A stretch of DNA of 63,064 nucleotides, filler included, from Rhabdomonas costata (lineage: Eukaryota), in the NCBI GenBank assembly GCA_019059605.1. It is 49 parts of 49 records of this genome, joined end to end, with 100 filler letters (N's around TTAATTAATTAA, not from the genome) between each part and the next. Parts side by side here need not be neighbours in the genome. Positions count along the whole stretch, not along the records: positions 51,564 to 52,753 come from JAHMHO010024335.1; positions 52,854 to 54,042 come from JAHMHO010024336.1; positions 54,143 to 55,331 come from JAHMHO010024337.1; positions 55,432 to 56,620 come from JAHMHO010024338.1; positions 56,721 to 57,909 come from JAHMHO010024339.1; positions 58,010 to 59,196 come from JAHMHO010024340.1; positions 59,297 to 60,486 come from JAHMHO010024341.1; positions 60,587 to 61,775 come from JAHMHO010024342.1; 41 more parts are not named here. The stretch is one strand, 5' to 3'. The position numbers and the translations under genes were made by a program. The notes beneath the pieces are model-generated. The model was not told the origin of the DNA, made no database searches, and saw nothing but the letters and a program-made list of their open reading frames with translations. Shown one piece after another: positions 51,564 to 63,064 of the stretch (its first letter is position 1; each line of letters opens with the position of its first letter).

Positions 51564-51860
51564 AACCCTTCCAAGTACGTGTGTTCGTTTTTTTGGGAGG
51601 GCCCTCGCTTGCGGTGAAAAGAACGCAGCCTCTCCGACATCCGCTACCAAAAACACGAACACACGTACTTGGAAGGGTTCAATCTTGGCCACTTTCATCC
51701 CGTTCACTTTCTGTTGTTGGTCTCTTTGTGATGTCTTTTGAGGGAGAACAGGGAGAAGCATGCCACGATTGAACCCTTCCAAGTACGTGTGTTCGTTTTT
51801 TTGGGAGGGCCCTCGCTTGCGGTGAAAAGAACGCAGCCTCTCCGACATCCGCTACAAAAA
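51564..51860. repeat. Nested direct and inverted repeat (A-s1-A'-s2-A-s1; period 208 bp)
   Basis: About 84 bp starting aacccttccaagtacgtgtgttcg occurs at 51564 and 51772; an inverted arm lies at about 51648-51690. Confidence 0.85.
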
Positions 51861-52091
51861 ACATGCCGCCCGATCGCGCACGCTCTAGTCCTTCTCACGC
51901 CCGCAGGTACGCCGTGTCAACATCCCGTCACAACTTTTGCAAGACAACCCCTTTGCCAAAGTAACTGGGGCGGCTTGCAATGCTCGCATCCCCAATCTGG
52001 TTTCGCCTTTCCGCTTTAAACACCTCCCACCTCCCCCCGACCCCCTCACGCTGGTGTTGTTGTTGTTGTTGTTGTTGGTGGTGGGACGTAC

Positions 52092-52628
52092 TTCCGAAAG
52101 TCCGGCGGCGATCCCAGGCGTCGCCGAGCCGCACGTCGCCGGGAGTGGTGGTGGTTGTGGTAGTGCTTGTGCTCCACATCGGCTGCGAAGACCACGGCAT
52201 TAGTGGCTGCGAGTACACATCTGCAGAAAGAGCGCAACCACAACATCCACAACAAAAACACTCCCATACATTCAGACAGAGAGGGAGAGGGAGAACGGGG
52301 ATTGGATGGCGGTGCAGAAGACAGTGAAAGGCTGCAGGCCGTCACAACTCACCCGCCGAGTAAAAATACCGCGCTAATCCACGGAAAGATTTCCCCGCGG
52401 CGCTGCCATCAAAGCGAGACGAAGTGTTGTGGCATACAACAGACGTCCTGTTAGCCAGCGCAGCACATTGGATTCCCAGGATCCATGATGAGTGTCTTCA
52501 AACCCGAAATGCTACACACAACAAGAAGAACCAAACCGATTTGAGTGATGACCCCGCCATACTTCCAAAGGTGTAGCGGCGGTCGCTGAAGTCTCCCAGC
52601 CGGGCATCCCCATACTGAACCGTTGAGG
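52092..52628 (-). CDS. Unknown repeat protein, two phase-1 symmetric exons (52563-52628, 52092-52220)
   Basis: The exons end in GDARLGDFSDRRYTFG and GDVRLGDAWDRRRTFG. Lengths are 66 and 129 nt and they splice in frame. Confidence 0.7.
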
Positions 52629-53147
52629 CTGTGAAATTGTACGCCATCCACACAACAAGGCCCAGGGGTTGGGTTTTCACATGGGAAGGCGAAATGTTCC
52701 ATCCCGGAATCCCTATTTCAAGAGCCCCCGTCTTGAGGTGAGGCACAAAAAACNNNNNNNNNNNNNNNNNNNNNNNNNNNNNNNNNNNNNNNNNNNNTTA
52801 ATTAATTAANNNNNNNNNNNNNNNNNNNNNNNNNNNNNNNNNNNNNNNNNNNNGGTGTTTGGGCAGAGGACCTGTGTGGTTATGATGTATGTGGTGGTGG
52901 TGATGGGTGGAATCAGGGGAAGGGGGTGCTTTCAGGAACAAATGAGATGGAAAGGTTCGTGAATTCAAAACAAATGCTTTAAAGCGTTCGGAGTGGTGAA
53001 AATTCCTGGCTACACATAAAGGAGACTGAGAAAGAGCATTACAAAGGGAAGGGGAAGAACAATGAAAATGACTGACCCATGGATCAAACCAAAACAAATC
53101 AGCTTCAGCTTTGCAAACTCTTCGCACTCGCACACCGGGAGATGCAC

Positions 53148-53653
53148 CGTGGCGGAGCCAAAGGGCACCGCAGGTCCGGTGCCAGAAAAGATGCTCAGCT
53201 TGGTGTCGCCTTCCACCCGATCCTCATCGTCGAGCTCTTCACTCACCTGAGATCCCCGCCCCTTCCAACATCGGCCTCCCTCCCAACAAAGCTCGGGCTG
53301 CTTTGCGTTCTTGGTTCATTGAAAGCACGAAAGAAATGTTGTTTCGTCAAAATCAGAGAGGCAGCCTCGGCAAATTCATAGAAGCCTCCGAGGGACGACC
53401 TTTGAGCAACTTCGGCTCATACGAAGACTGACGACTAGATGGCACGCCGGCACCTTCTTTCGGCCTTTGCGGGTCGTAGCAGCATTGAAAAGGTTGAGCA
53501 TCTCCGTAGTTTTCTGCTCCATCGCGCCCAGGAAGACAAGCATGGTGTTTTCCGTGCACTGCGTGGTGCCCAGGTGGTCCCCCATCTCCTCCAGGCTGCA
53601 CCCCATCTTCACAAACAGAGACTCGATCGCGCTGCGGATCTCCGCGATTTGCT
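53148..53653 (-). CDS. Outer dynein arm docking complex subunit (ODAD1/CCDC114/CCDC63-like), 2 exons (53454-53653, 53148-53246)
   Basis: IRSAIESLFVKMGC...LGTTQCTENTMLVFLGAMEQKTTEML matches the DC2 pattern LF.KI.C...LG..GVT..N...YLG.IEQ+TNELL. Confidence 0.78.
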
Positions 53654-54456
53654 CTGTCGCGGCAACACGGAAGCGCATGAAGAAGGAGAGAAGATGATAG
53701 TTATAACTCGTGTGATTTTAAATTCAATTAGAAAAAGGGATTCATTTTAGATTCAACAGAGGCAATACTGGAGTCTGATGACCAAAAGTACGGAGGCCGC
53801 GGTGCCGACTACGCGAGCAGGACTGAGTTGCTGGGAAAAGCAGTCAAATCACGACGAGTGATTTCATTTAAAGACGATGCCAGTAGGTGATCACGAGCAG
53901 AAAACATCTGCGTAATGTAGAAAGGCATTTCTCACCCACAGCCGAGTGACAGTCGACCACATGGCCAGCATCAAGCACGGAAAGCTTCCAGTCTTCACTC
54001 TGAAAACTGAACTCTGGAGATCTACAGTGGCCCAAACCCCCCNNNNNNNNNNNNNNNNNNNNNNNNNNNNNNNNNNNNNNNNNNNNTTAATTAATTAANN
54101 NNNNNNNNNNNNNNNNNNNNNNNNNNNNNNNNNNNNNNNNNNCCACCACAATTTTCAGTGAGGGAACACAGGACCTATGTATTTCCAAGAAGCAGGCACA
54201 CGAATGGTCTGCGACAGGTTTCGGGCTGGCCTCTGGGAAATACATAGGTCCTGTGTTCCCTCACTGAAAATTGTGGTGGTTTACCTGCCGGCACTAGCTT
54301 CCGAACCTCTTTATCTACCCACAGCAAAGGGGCGCTGAGGCAGCACTTCCTCCTCTTTGTCTTTGCTGATCTTCCTTTCCCTCCTTCTTTGCTGCTTTGC
54401 TTTCCCGCTTTTTTTTCTCCGCGCTTCGTAACCTGTGCACGCGGTGCGGTTCGAAG

Positions 54457-55328
54457 GGATGTCACTGTGCCTCTCGGGGCTGAAGGACTGTGAGTCGATG
54501 GAGGACCTCAGGCGGGCCGTCAGCCGCGCCGAAGCCTCGCTCAGCATCGCGCAGCTCTCTCTGGAGGCCGAGCAGCGCGACCTGCAACGCGCCCTGGAGG
54601 ACGTCGGGCGGGCCAAGGGTGACGTCGCGGCCCTGAAGGAGCTTCTCCTGCAGCAGGAACAGCAGCATCAGCAGAAGGGCTCTGACGAAGCAGACGCAGA
54701 GGAGGCGCCCAAGCAGACGCAAGTACGAGCATCCCTTCTCTCCATGTTTACTTTTCTCTGAATGCTCACTGCGCCTGAGGTGCTCGTGCTTTGTGCTACA
54801 GTCTTTCTTTACGTTTCTGGATCTCCGCCTCAGCTTACCGCTGTCCTACCCTTTTCGCAACGCGTCCCACCATACTCGCCCCTTGCTTGCGAACTCCAGT
54901 TAGACAGCTATGGCAGCCCAGCAATCTGATCTCTCCCCATCCCACCTCTCTTTTCACACTTTTTCTCAGTTCTCAGTCTCTGTCTCTTCTTTCTGCCGTT
55001 TAGGCGGACCCCGAAGGTTCGGAAGGTTCCCAAGAGGAGGCCGTGGCTGTCGCAGATGGGGGGGCTCAGCCCCCGTCTTCTCCGGAGCCCAAGCGCCTCA
55101 AGAAGAAGAAGCTAACAAAGAAGACCCTGAAAAAGAAGCAGGGTTCGGAGAACGACGCCCTCTGCACACCTGAGGGAACCAGCCCTTCTCCCAGTGGCAA
55201 GGTCACCCCGAGGAAAGAGAGAAAGCTTGTGCACGCCTCCCCTGCTGCCGGCGACGAGGACGGGCCTGCGAGCCCTGAGCAGAGTGGCCGCGGAGTGAGA
55301 AAGCGGAAGGCGGCGCTGGACGCCCCCA
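54457..55328 (+). CDS. Hypothetical protein with a coiled coil and basic NLS-like tracts, 2 putative exons
   Basis: MEDLRRAVSRAEASLSIAQLSLEAEQRDLQRAL and PEPKRLKKKKLTKKTLKKK; GC3-rich. Confidence 0.5.
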
Positions 55329-55682
55329 CACNNNNNNNNNNNNNNNNNNNNNNNNNNNNNNNNNNNNNNNNNNNNTTAATTAATTAANNNNNNNNNNNNN
55401 NNNNNNNNNNNNNNNNNNNNNNNNNNNNNNNGTGGTTGGGGTCAGGAACCTGCATCTTAATAGTGCGTCCTGCTGCTTTCTCTTGAACATACAGCGTGTG
55501 TTAGGTAGGCGATAGCAAGGTTAGAAGGTGATGCATTGTCAAGAAGTGTCTGTTTGTTTGGTTGTTCTTTGTTTGTGTGCAGTTGGTGGGAGGATGTGGA
55601 TTCTTCTCTAGGCTGCGGGTCCCGTGTGTTTCCGGTGAGTCCCCCTTTCCGCGCGCACAGCTTCCTTGGCTTTCTCACACAG

Positions 55683-56484
55683 CTCTGTTCTTCCTGTCCC
55701 CCGACGACTTCCCGCTGCGCTCCGCCCTGCTGAGCCACGTCTGCACGCGAAGGTTCTGCGCAGCGTGCGAGCTGGGATTCCTGTTTCACATGCTGGGGCA
55801 GACCCACAGTGGCACCGGGGCCCCCGCACAACCCACTAACTTCCTCCGCACCGTGCGGCAGATCAAGGAGGGTGTGTGCGTGCGCGTTGCGGTTTGAGCT
55901 CCCTACAATTGCGCTGTGATGCGTCATTCCGTTTGGCGTCAAAAAAAGGGTCCAACATGCAATTCATGCGAGGCCAGATCACAACAATGCAATAATCCTG
56001 GGATCCACGCAACACCAGACACCCCAAAGATAGTACCCGAATTTTGATGAAATGGAAATAATGGGAAAGTCATCTCAGTCAGTAAGTTCACACAAGCGCT
56101 GCTAATACGTATTGCAGTGGTTGGACCCTTTTCAACACCTGCTCCACTACTTGTACCATGAGTTTTTCTCTGCCCTTGCCTTCTCCACAGTGCCCGTCAG
56201 GCCGGCTCGATTTTAAGCATCTCTCATCACTTTCTTATGAGTTGCCATTCACGAGCGATTCACGGTTGACCGTTGCTTTGGGCAGAAAAGGCTCGCAGCC
56301 AATACTCCGTTGTATACTGGTCCTCATCCTCCGGTCATGCTTCCATGCAAATCCTTTTTATTTCCCAGCGGAGGGGATGGGCCTATTCGACACCGACGAA
56401 GGCAGCCCCTCGGCAGCCATTAGAATGATGGCCCGGGTCCACAATTTGGTGCGGTTTCTGCTGCCTCAGCTGCACGCAGAGCTG
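55683..56484 (+). CDS. PAN2: PAN2 deadenylase subunit, inactive UCH domain, 2 exons (55683-55871, 56369-56484)
   Basis: HVCTRRFCAACELGFLFHML...QPTNFLRTVRQIKEAEGMGL...RFLLPQLHAEL matches the PAN2 motif CLACELGFLFHML. Confidence 0.92.
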
Positions 56485-58689
56485 GTGTGTTCCTCCTCTC
56501 CCTTCCTCCCTTCCTTCCGTTCTTCACTACCCCGTGCAGAAGGTCTTCATCGGCATCCACAGCCGTCCGTTCTGACAGTGAAAGGACTGCTTCTGCCTGC
56601 GAACCACCTCTGAGTCATCANNNNNNNNNNNNNNNNNNNNNNNNNNNNNNNNNNNNNNNNNNNNTTAATTAATTAANNNNNNNNNNNNNNNNNNNNNNNN
56701 NNNNNNNNNNNNNNNNNNNNGGGTGGGGGGAGGCCTCGTCAGAGTTCTTCAGGCGGGTCGACCGCGGCCGCTCGTGCGCGGCGAGCTCCTCCGCAGAGCC
56801 CGCGAAGTGCAGCGGAAGGCTCTTCCGGGGGGACCCGGCGGTCTGCGGATGGGGGAGCAAGAGGCTTCGACGCCACAATGCACCGTTCCTCAACAGAAAA
56901 GCGACGGTTACGTGCTGTAGGGGTGTTAGAGAGCGATGTAGTCCCGATATGTCTTGCTGCGGGAGGTCATTTACAATGTCAACGACTTGCCTGGCTGCAG
57001 CAGGATTAATCAACTAATGTATTGCGCTTGACTTCCAGGGAACGCAGGCACTTTATCCTCCAAATAAGGCCAGTAACACCCCAAAACTGAGAATTAAGTT
57101 TGTGGCATTTCAGCAGGTTTATTTATGCCGGTGACCCTTCGCGGCATCCTGTGTCGTGCCATGTTTAAAACTCTCAGTTTACGGTGTACCCTGCGAAATG
57201 TCTCGAGACAGAACCCCTCCCCCCACTCGGTCTTCTAGGATCTTGCGCTTCGCGGCCCAAGCGGCCCAAGACATTCTGGAAGTCTCCCATAGAAGAATGC
57301 ACCCCCATCTAACCCCCTGCGAGACCAAGAACCTCACCCAGGGGAAATGTGCCCACCTAACCCAAGGGCCGCTGCACCTAACCCAGGACGTATTTGGCGG
57401 ATAACGCGCCCTTTTTTTAGCCGACTACTTGAGGGACCACCTCGACCTTATTTGAACACTTAAGCCAAAGTCACAAAACCATACATCCTTGGGGGGCACT
57501 GGCACCGCTGGCGCTTGCAAAATTCACACAACCCAGGAAAATGTCTGATGTCCTGATGCACTTTTCTTGCAGCTTGGGGCCTTTGGTGCTGGAGAAATGT
57601 GACAAGGCAGAAACCGGAACCCACAGCAAAACACTGCATAGTATATATACTTCATAGCCTAAAACGCAGTGGAAACTTGTGAGGTCGTAACTGACATTAC
57701 GGAAAACAACACGACCCCCACCCCACCACAAAACTCATGCAAGAAGGTGCAAGAAGGCAACACAGGGAAGGGGAGGAGGCTACGCCCTTTCTTCAGCATT
57801 CACACATACATGTGTGACTTGCCCCAAGACCCTCATTTGGAAAGCCTCGCATCTGTCAGCTCCACCATAGAAACAACCCCTGAAAAAGTGAAGCATCGGC
57901 AAAAAAAACNNNNNNNNNNNNNNNNNNNNNNNNNNNNNNNNNNNNNNNNNNNNTTAATTAATTAANNNNNNNNNNNNNNNNNNNNNNNNNNNNNNNNNNN
58001 NNNNNNNNNCAGCCACTTGGGTAAGCCTTCCTTTTGTGGTGTGTCTGTGTTTGACTTTCCTCCCATAAGCCCTGTGGATTCATACTAAAAAAACGTCCAC
58101 TGCAAACAGAGAGGAGGAGGGAAGGAATAACGACTGGATGCGAGGGGAGGGGTAGGATTTGTGTGTGTGTGTGTGTGGAAGAGATGGATGAATAGGTAGG
58201 TAGGTGCACATCTCGGCACATCCGAAACCGGAAAGTCCGGATGTTAACAGTACAGCGCAGGAGGAGAAGAAGGAAAGACGGGATTGAGTGGGGCAAGACA
58301 AAGGTTGAGGCGGAAAACTGGAAGGGGAGATATCCTGGCAAAAACGTCCAGCGGCTTGCTTGTGTTCGTAGTGTCCTCCTTCAAGAGAAGACTACACTAG
58401 ATTGTTTGATTCTTCCGTCCCCCCCCCAATGGCTTCACAACTCGACAACGCTCCACGAACCCTCGACACCCTCCAGCCCAACTACGTCAACCCACCAACG
58501 AACCCCAGCCCCACTACAGCCTCACACATTGTACGTCAACCCGACCCCGACACCGGCACCGTAACCTCGAACCCAGAGACGCAAACCCGACACCTTGAGA
58601 CCATCAGAGGACGCCTGAACCTGGAGACACGTGCAGCTAGAAGATGCAACTTTGGGTAAGTGGAACCACGACGTAAGACCGGGCCGCAC

Positions 58690-58822
58690 CTGATGTGGTC
58701 GAGCCACTGGGTCACCTCCGGCCCAGAGAGTTCAGCGGAGGAGACGCTCTCCTTCCCGCAACGGTTCATCACGCTGCGGAGCATCTCCAAAGAGTCCCGC
58801 ATCACATGGATGTTGGCAATCC
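58690..58822 (-). CDS. Myotubularin-related phosphatase, internal exon
   Basis: GIANIHVMRDSLEML...TQWLDHIR matches the myotubularin I.NIHVMRES...WL.HI motif. Confidence 0.88.
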
Positions 58823-60774
58823 CTGCAGAACCCCAGGTACCACGTACGGCTCAAGCTCCCCAAGGACCAGCCTCACACACACTTTGAGAATTGGTGGCTG
58901 ATGGGGATTAGACCAGTAGGAACCGTCGCACCGTTGCCAATATTTTCAGAGGTGTAAGAGTTTGCCTGAACCGAGGTTAACAAAATCATTTCTCACTGCA
59001 TTTGCGGAGCATCCGACCCCAAGCCAATGTCAAAAATTCCTCCGGGGAGATGACAGAGAAACGGGAAAACCAGGAAAATTGCGCCACGAGGGCGCATCGA
59101 GCCAACCTCCGCCTCCATCCCAAGCCCCTATGCACACGCAGAACCGTACACACAAAGACACAAAGAGAGTCTTCGAGAGGCAAACCACACAACCCCNNNN
59201 NNNNNNNNNNNNNNNNNNNNNNNNNNNNNNNNNNNNNNNNTTAATTAATTAANNNNNNNNNNNNNNNNNNNNNNNNNNNNNNNNNNNNNNNNNNNNTTTG
59301 TGTGACCTGGCCGCCTCATCATTCTTGCCTTCACACATTTACTTGCTCTTACAACGCATTTTTGCGCCCTCTTATTTTGCTCTTCGTAGTCCGCCCGGGC
59401 GGAGGCCCTGCTGTGCCCCGTGGACCCCGGAGTTTGAGCAAAAAAAAAAGAAAAGCGAAATAGAAGCCAGGAGGCAAAGTAAGGGCAGCCATAAGGAAGA
59501 AGTTTTCAGAAGATTGAAGTTTCGTTAGCTGAAGAAAATGGAAAAGAGAAAACAGCAGAGAAATCGAGGTGAGAGGCGGTTTTTGTAGTGTTGGGGCGCC
59601 GGAGACTCAGTATGAAACTGGGCGCGGAAGGAAAAGAAACTAAACGCAACCAGAAGGAATTTGCACTCGTCCACGACCTATCTTGAAAGAGTTTGAAAAG
59701 GAGAAAGCAGTGGAGCAAAGAATTTACAAGAAGCTAGCAGGATTCCGAATGCCGCGGATTTTAAAGAAGATTACTTTGAATTGAATCTTCAAGACTTTCT
59801 ACATCAAGGTGAAGAATCAAAAGGGGCTTTGGAAGTGTTTTGTGGCTTTTTGACCTTATGTGTTGGAATAGAAGGTTGAAAATTGCGCAACGCAATGGTT
59901 TGAAGTGTGGTGCGTTTAAAATATTTCCTCTTGCATTTGTTTGGTGTTTTGGTAGTAGGGTTGAGTTCGTAGTGTGCCGTGCCAGAGATTTTGTAAAGGT
60001 TTGGGCGGTGGTGTGCATCGTAAGTAGTGCGGTGTTTGGCTAGACTTTGCCTTGATTGGTACTGTTTGGATTTTGCTGTGCTCATCTGGCTTCTGCGCAC
60101 AAGCCGGGAATCTTGGAAAGCTGTGAAAGGCCAAAGGGCACACTCACACCACCCGAAGTGCGCGTGTTTGTTAGAAGAGAAGACAAAGCATACCACAGGC
60201 ATCAGGAAGTCGAAGGCACACCCTCAACGCGGAAGTGCAGCTCACACGCAGGCAATTTGACAGGAGGATTGGGTTTTCAGTTAAAGCTTGCGAGCACTCG
60301 CACTCCCGTGGCACCGCCACCCCAGCAGGAGTAAAAAGAACCACAGCCGCATGTCACCGAGGAAAAGCTGGAGTCGCGAAGGACCCCGCCACGCGCCGCG
60401 AAAGGCGTATCAGTCTAATCAAATCCAGGTACTTGGTGAACACAAATGTAAGCCACGGCAGCGCCCAACGCGCATCACAGGCGTTCNNNNNNNNNNNNNN
60501 NNNNNNNNNNNNNNNNNNNNNNNNNNNNNNTTAATTAATTAANNNNNNNNNNNNNNNNNNNNNNNNNNNNNNNNNNNNNNNNNNNNGGGTGGGGTGGGGA
60601 GAAAGCCACTGGCAAACAAAACCAGACCTTGCCTTGTCATTGGCCCACTTTGTAGTGCGCAAATTTTCTTTTTCTTTCTCTCTCCCACATCTTAGCGGGT
60701 GCAGTTCTCTCTCGCAGTCCACGCAATACGCAATGGGAGAGGGGGGTGAGGACGGAGATGGGCGAGTACGCAGC

Positions 60775-61485
60775 TTAGTAGTTGCTGTACCCGGCGTAGC
60801 CACGGTTGCCACGCACGAGGCCGCCTCCGCTGCCCATACCGCCGCCGCCACCTCCGCGGCGGGGGTTGTAATCATACCTATTCGGAGAAAGAAGTGGTAA
60901 CCTCCTTTCCCTCCTTGCACTATGGCACCAGAAAGAGAAACTATCTGACCAATAAAACAACGCAAGTGTCCAGCGTTCAGCACATCTCAGGCCTCTCGGG
61001 GACGTACCCGCGCTCATTGATCGTGGTGTTGCCGAAGGTCTCCATGTTCAGCTGCTTCTGCTTTTCGCGCATCTCCCGGTCCATCCGCCGTGGCTGGCCT
61101 ACACGCCGCGAACCAAAAGGAAGCCCAAAGGAATAGCAAAAACAGCGTACAGCACGCACCAATACAGAAACACACTTTGCCCCTTTTCCTCCACTACCGA
61201 GGAAAGCGGGGTGAGAGCAAGTGCCTTTCAGAAAGGACAGGCAATTACAACAGCTTCGGACAAGTTTTCGGCCCCAAGGAAGGGTAGTGACGGTGGACAG
61301 CGGGCGAGTGTACATGGGAGGGATATATGAGGAGCAATGGGAGGAGGACCTCCGGCGGCACGGCGTTCAAGGGACTCGCAGCTGATCTCATCGAAGAAGC
61401 CCTTGCTCTTGTCGTAGGCCACGTGGGGAAGCGCCTCCTCCTTCTCTCCTGCGCCCACGCTCTTCTCCCGCAGCTCAGCAGCGAC
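60775..61485 (-). CDS. SCD6: Scd6/LSM14 mRNA-granule protein, C-terminal 3 exons (61350-61485, 61008-61098, 60775-60877)
   Basis: FFD box (YDKSKGFFDEISCE), TFG box (KQLNMETFG) and an RGG tail ending at a stop. Confidence 0.9.
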
Positions 61486-62024
61486 CTGAAGGCGGGCCCC
61501 GCCCCGTCCCACAGACCCACACTCACAGCGGTTCACCATCCCCACGTCCCAACGCAGCAAAAAAAAGGTGACCACACCAGAAGATTCACCAGTGATTAAG
61601 GCACAGGGAACACAGGTAGATCAGCGAAACACAAATAGAACCTGGGCTCATGCTTCTATTTGGCAGCAACAAAATCCAACAATATTTCAGCGATTGTCTC
61701 ACAATGGCCTTTAAACAACCACCCATACGCAAGCAAGCTATGAACCACACCCACATACCCACCCAACTCAAAACTNNNNNNNNNNNNNNNNNNNNNNNNN
61801 NNNNNNNNNNNNNNNNNNNTTAATTAATTAANNNNNNNNNNNNNNNNNNNNNNNNNNNNNNNNNNNNNNNNNNNNCAGCTTATGCAAGGCTCCCTCGATT
61901 TCCTTTGTGTGAAATGTATCCCCCCCCCAGAAAGAATCACAAGATCCACGCGTCGACATCACACCAGCCTGTCATGTTTTGTTCATCATCACATGTACAC
62001 ACATGCACTTTGTCACGCTCGTAG

Positions 62025-62317
62025 CTTGTGCCGATCAAGCCTGAGAACCGCGAGCCCTTCGTCGACGGCTGCAAGTACACCGCGGCGTGCTTCCTGAACA
62101 CCTGCCCGCGGTGCAGTGGGGCCTCCGCGGCGGCGCAGCGGTGCAGCTGCTCGTACTTCCCAGCTCTGGGGATGACCCTCAACCTGGTCCCCGGAGACGC
62201 AATGCTGGCGCAGAACCGCGACCTGGAGACCTCCCAGACGGCCCACGCCTCCGCCCGGGCCTTCTTCGGGGCCTGCGACCCCGCCCTGCAGCTGTGGCTC
62301 CTGGTGGTCTACTACAT
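62025..62317 (+). CDS. CRT-like (chloroquine-resistance-transporter family) membrane protein, internal exon
   Basis: DGCKYTAACFLN...GACDPALQLWLLVVYY resembles the CLT Cys loop G.ACFLN...GCDGAPLL; tag/gtaagt boundaries. Confidence 0.55.
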
Positions 62318-63064
62318 GTAAGTGCAGGGCCCGCGGACGTGGGGGCCTAACTGAGAAAGAGAGTATGGGTGGTGAGTGCGTTAGCGAGAGAAGAGGAAGC
62401 CCGTTTCCTCGTCTCCCCTGCGCTCTTCCCCTTTCTGCTCATTTCCGCTGGTTTAGCGTACCCTTTTTTCATCCAGCTTCTTTTGGCCCACCCACCCATC
62501 CATCAGTCATCCTGCCACACTGGCCCACTCTCATCGCGTGGCGTTTTTTCTAGACCAAGACTTGCAGGGTCGCTGTAGCAAGGCAAGTTATTACAGCATA
62601 CAGGTATTTTGCGACCACAAGTCGTTTGGACGGTAAATATTCGTAGGCATTGTTTCTCGTGGCCGAAGGACAATCTCAAGGCAGGTGCAGGGCGCGTGTT
62701 AGTCAATCTGATTTATGTAATTTGGGCGCCTTGCTGGTATCATCTGGGGTGCAAATTGAATTGGGTTCTGAAATGGAACTGAAGAGATGGCTGTTCAAAA
62801 TTGATATGGTTTACACACCTCGTGCTTTTAACTAACTATAAAACTTTGGTGGAAGTGGGCCAGGCCCCGACAAGCCAACCTTTCCCCTATGCAGCTTTTA
62901 GAGGCTGCTGAGGCTTTAGAGTAAAACACACTGTAGGGGGTTCCCAATCCCTCATCCCTCCCCATTTTGCTTCATTCGCTGTACTTTCTCTAATCATCCC
63001 CCCCCCCATGTTTCACGATTCTCAGCAGCCACTGTTGCCATCACTGAAGCATACTGTGACACCC

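Noticed and set aside
57305-57390. ACCTAACCC motifs resembling telomeric repeats
   Set aside because: Only three or four spaced, degenerate copies; not a tandem TTAGGG array.
1-63064. Operon-like or defence-system gene clustering; rRNA or spliced-leader RNA genes
   Set aside because: Neighbouring genes lie on unrelated contigs, so no synteny exists. No rRNA or SL sequence was recognised.

Overview
This window is not contiguous DNA. It is about 50 unrelated contigs of roughly 1.19 kb each, joined by an artificial N44-TTAATTAATTAA-N44 linker, so adjacency between contigs carries no meaning. The DNA comes from an intron-rich, flagellated protist. It is probably a euglenozoan (euglenid-like), inferred from GTGYG-biased donors, GC-AG introns and receptor-cyclase-type fragments. 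It appears whole-genome-amplified: contig ends carry G/T-only primer remnants and fold-back chimeras. Manually spliced exon fragments include POFUT2, an S8 protease, SRP72, two class III cyclases, a PMCA-type Ca2+ ATPase, cyclophilin, FKBP, a PTS2-bearing SDR, a GltD-like oxidoreductase, a USP-like protease, GlnRS, ODAD1-like, PAN2, myotubularin, Scd6/LSM14 and a CRT-like transporter. The most interesting signals are: (1) an AT-rich, intronless, virus-like two-gene island with a decayed GIY-YIG-like ORF inside host sequence; (2) a phage/giant-virus-type 'GNFWWA' protein with a host splice site; (3) a protein built from symmetric exons that each encode a GDxRLGDxxDRRxTFG repeat; (4) a tandem Venus-flytrap receptor ectodomain; (5) a ~240 bp dispersed repeat. 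No complete new system can be demonstrated from such short fragments. All family calls are motif recognition from memory, not database searches.
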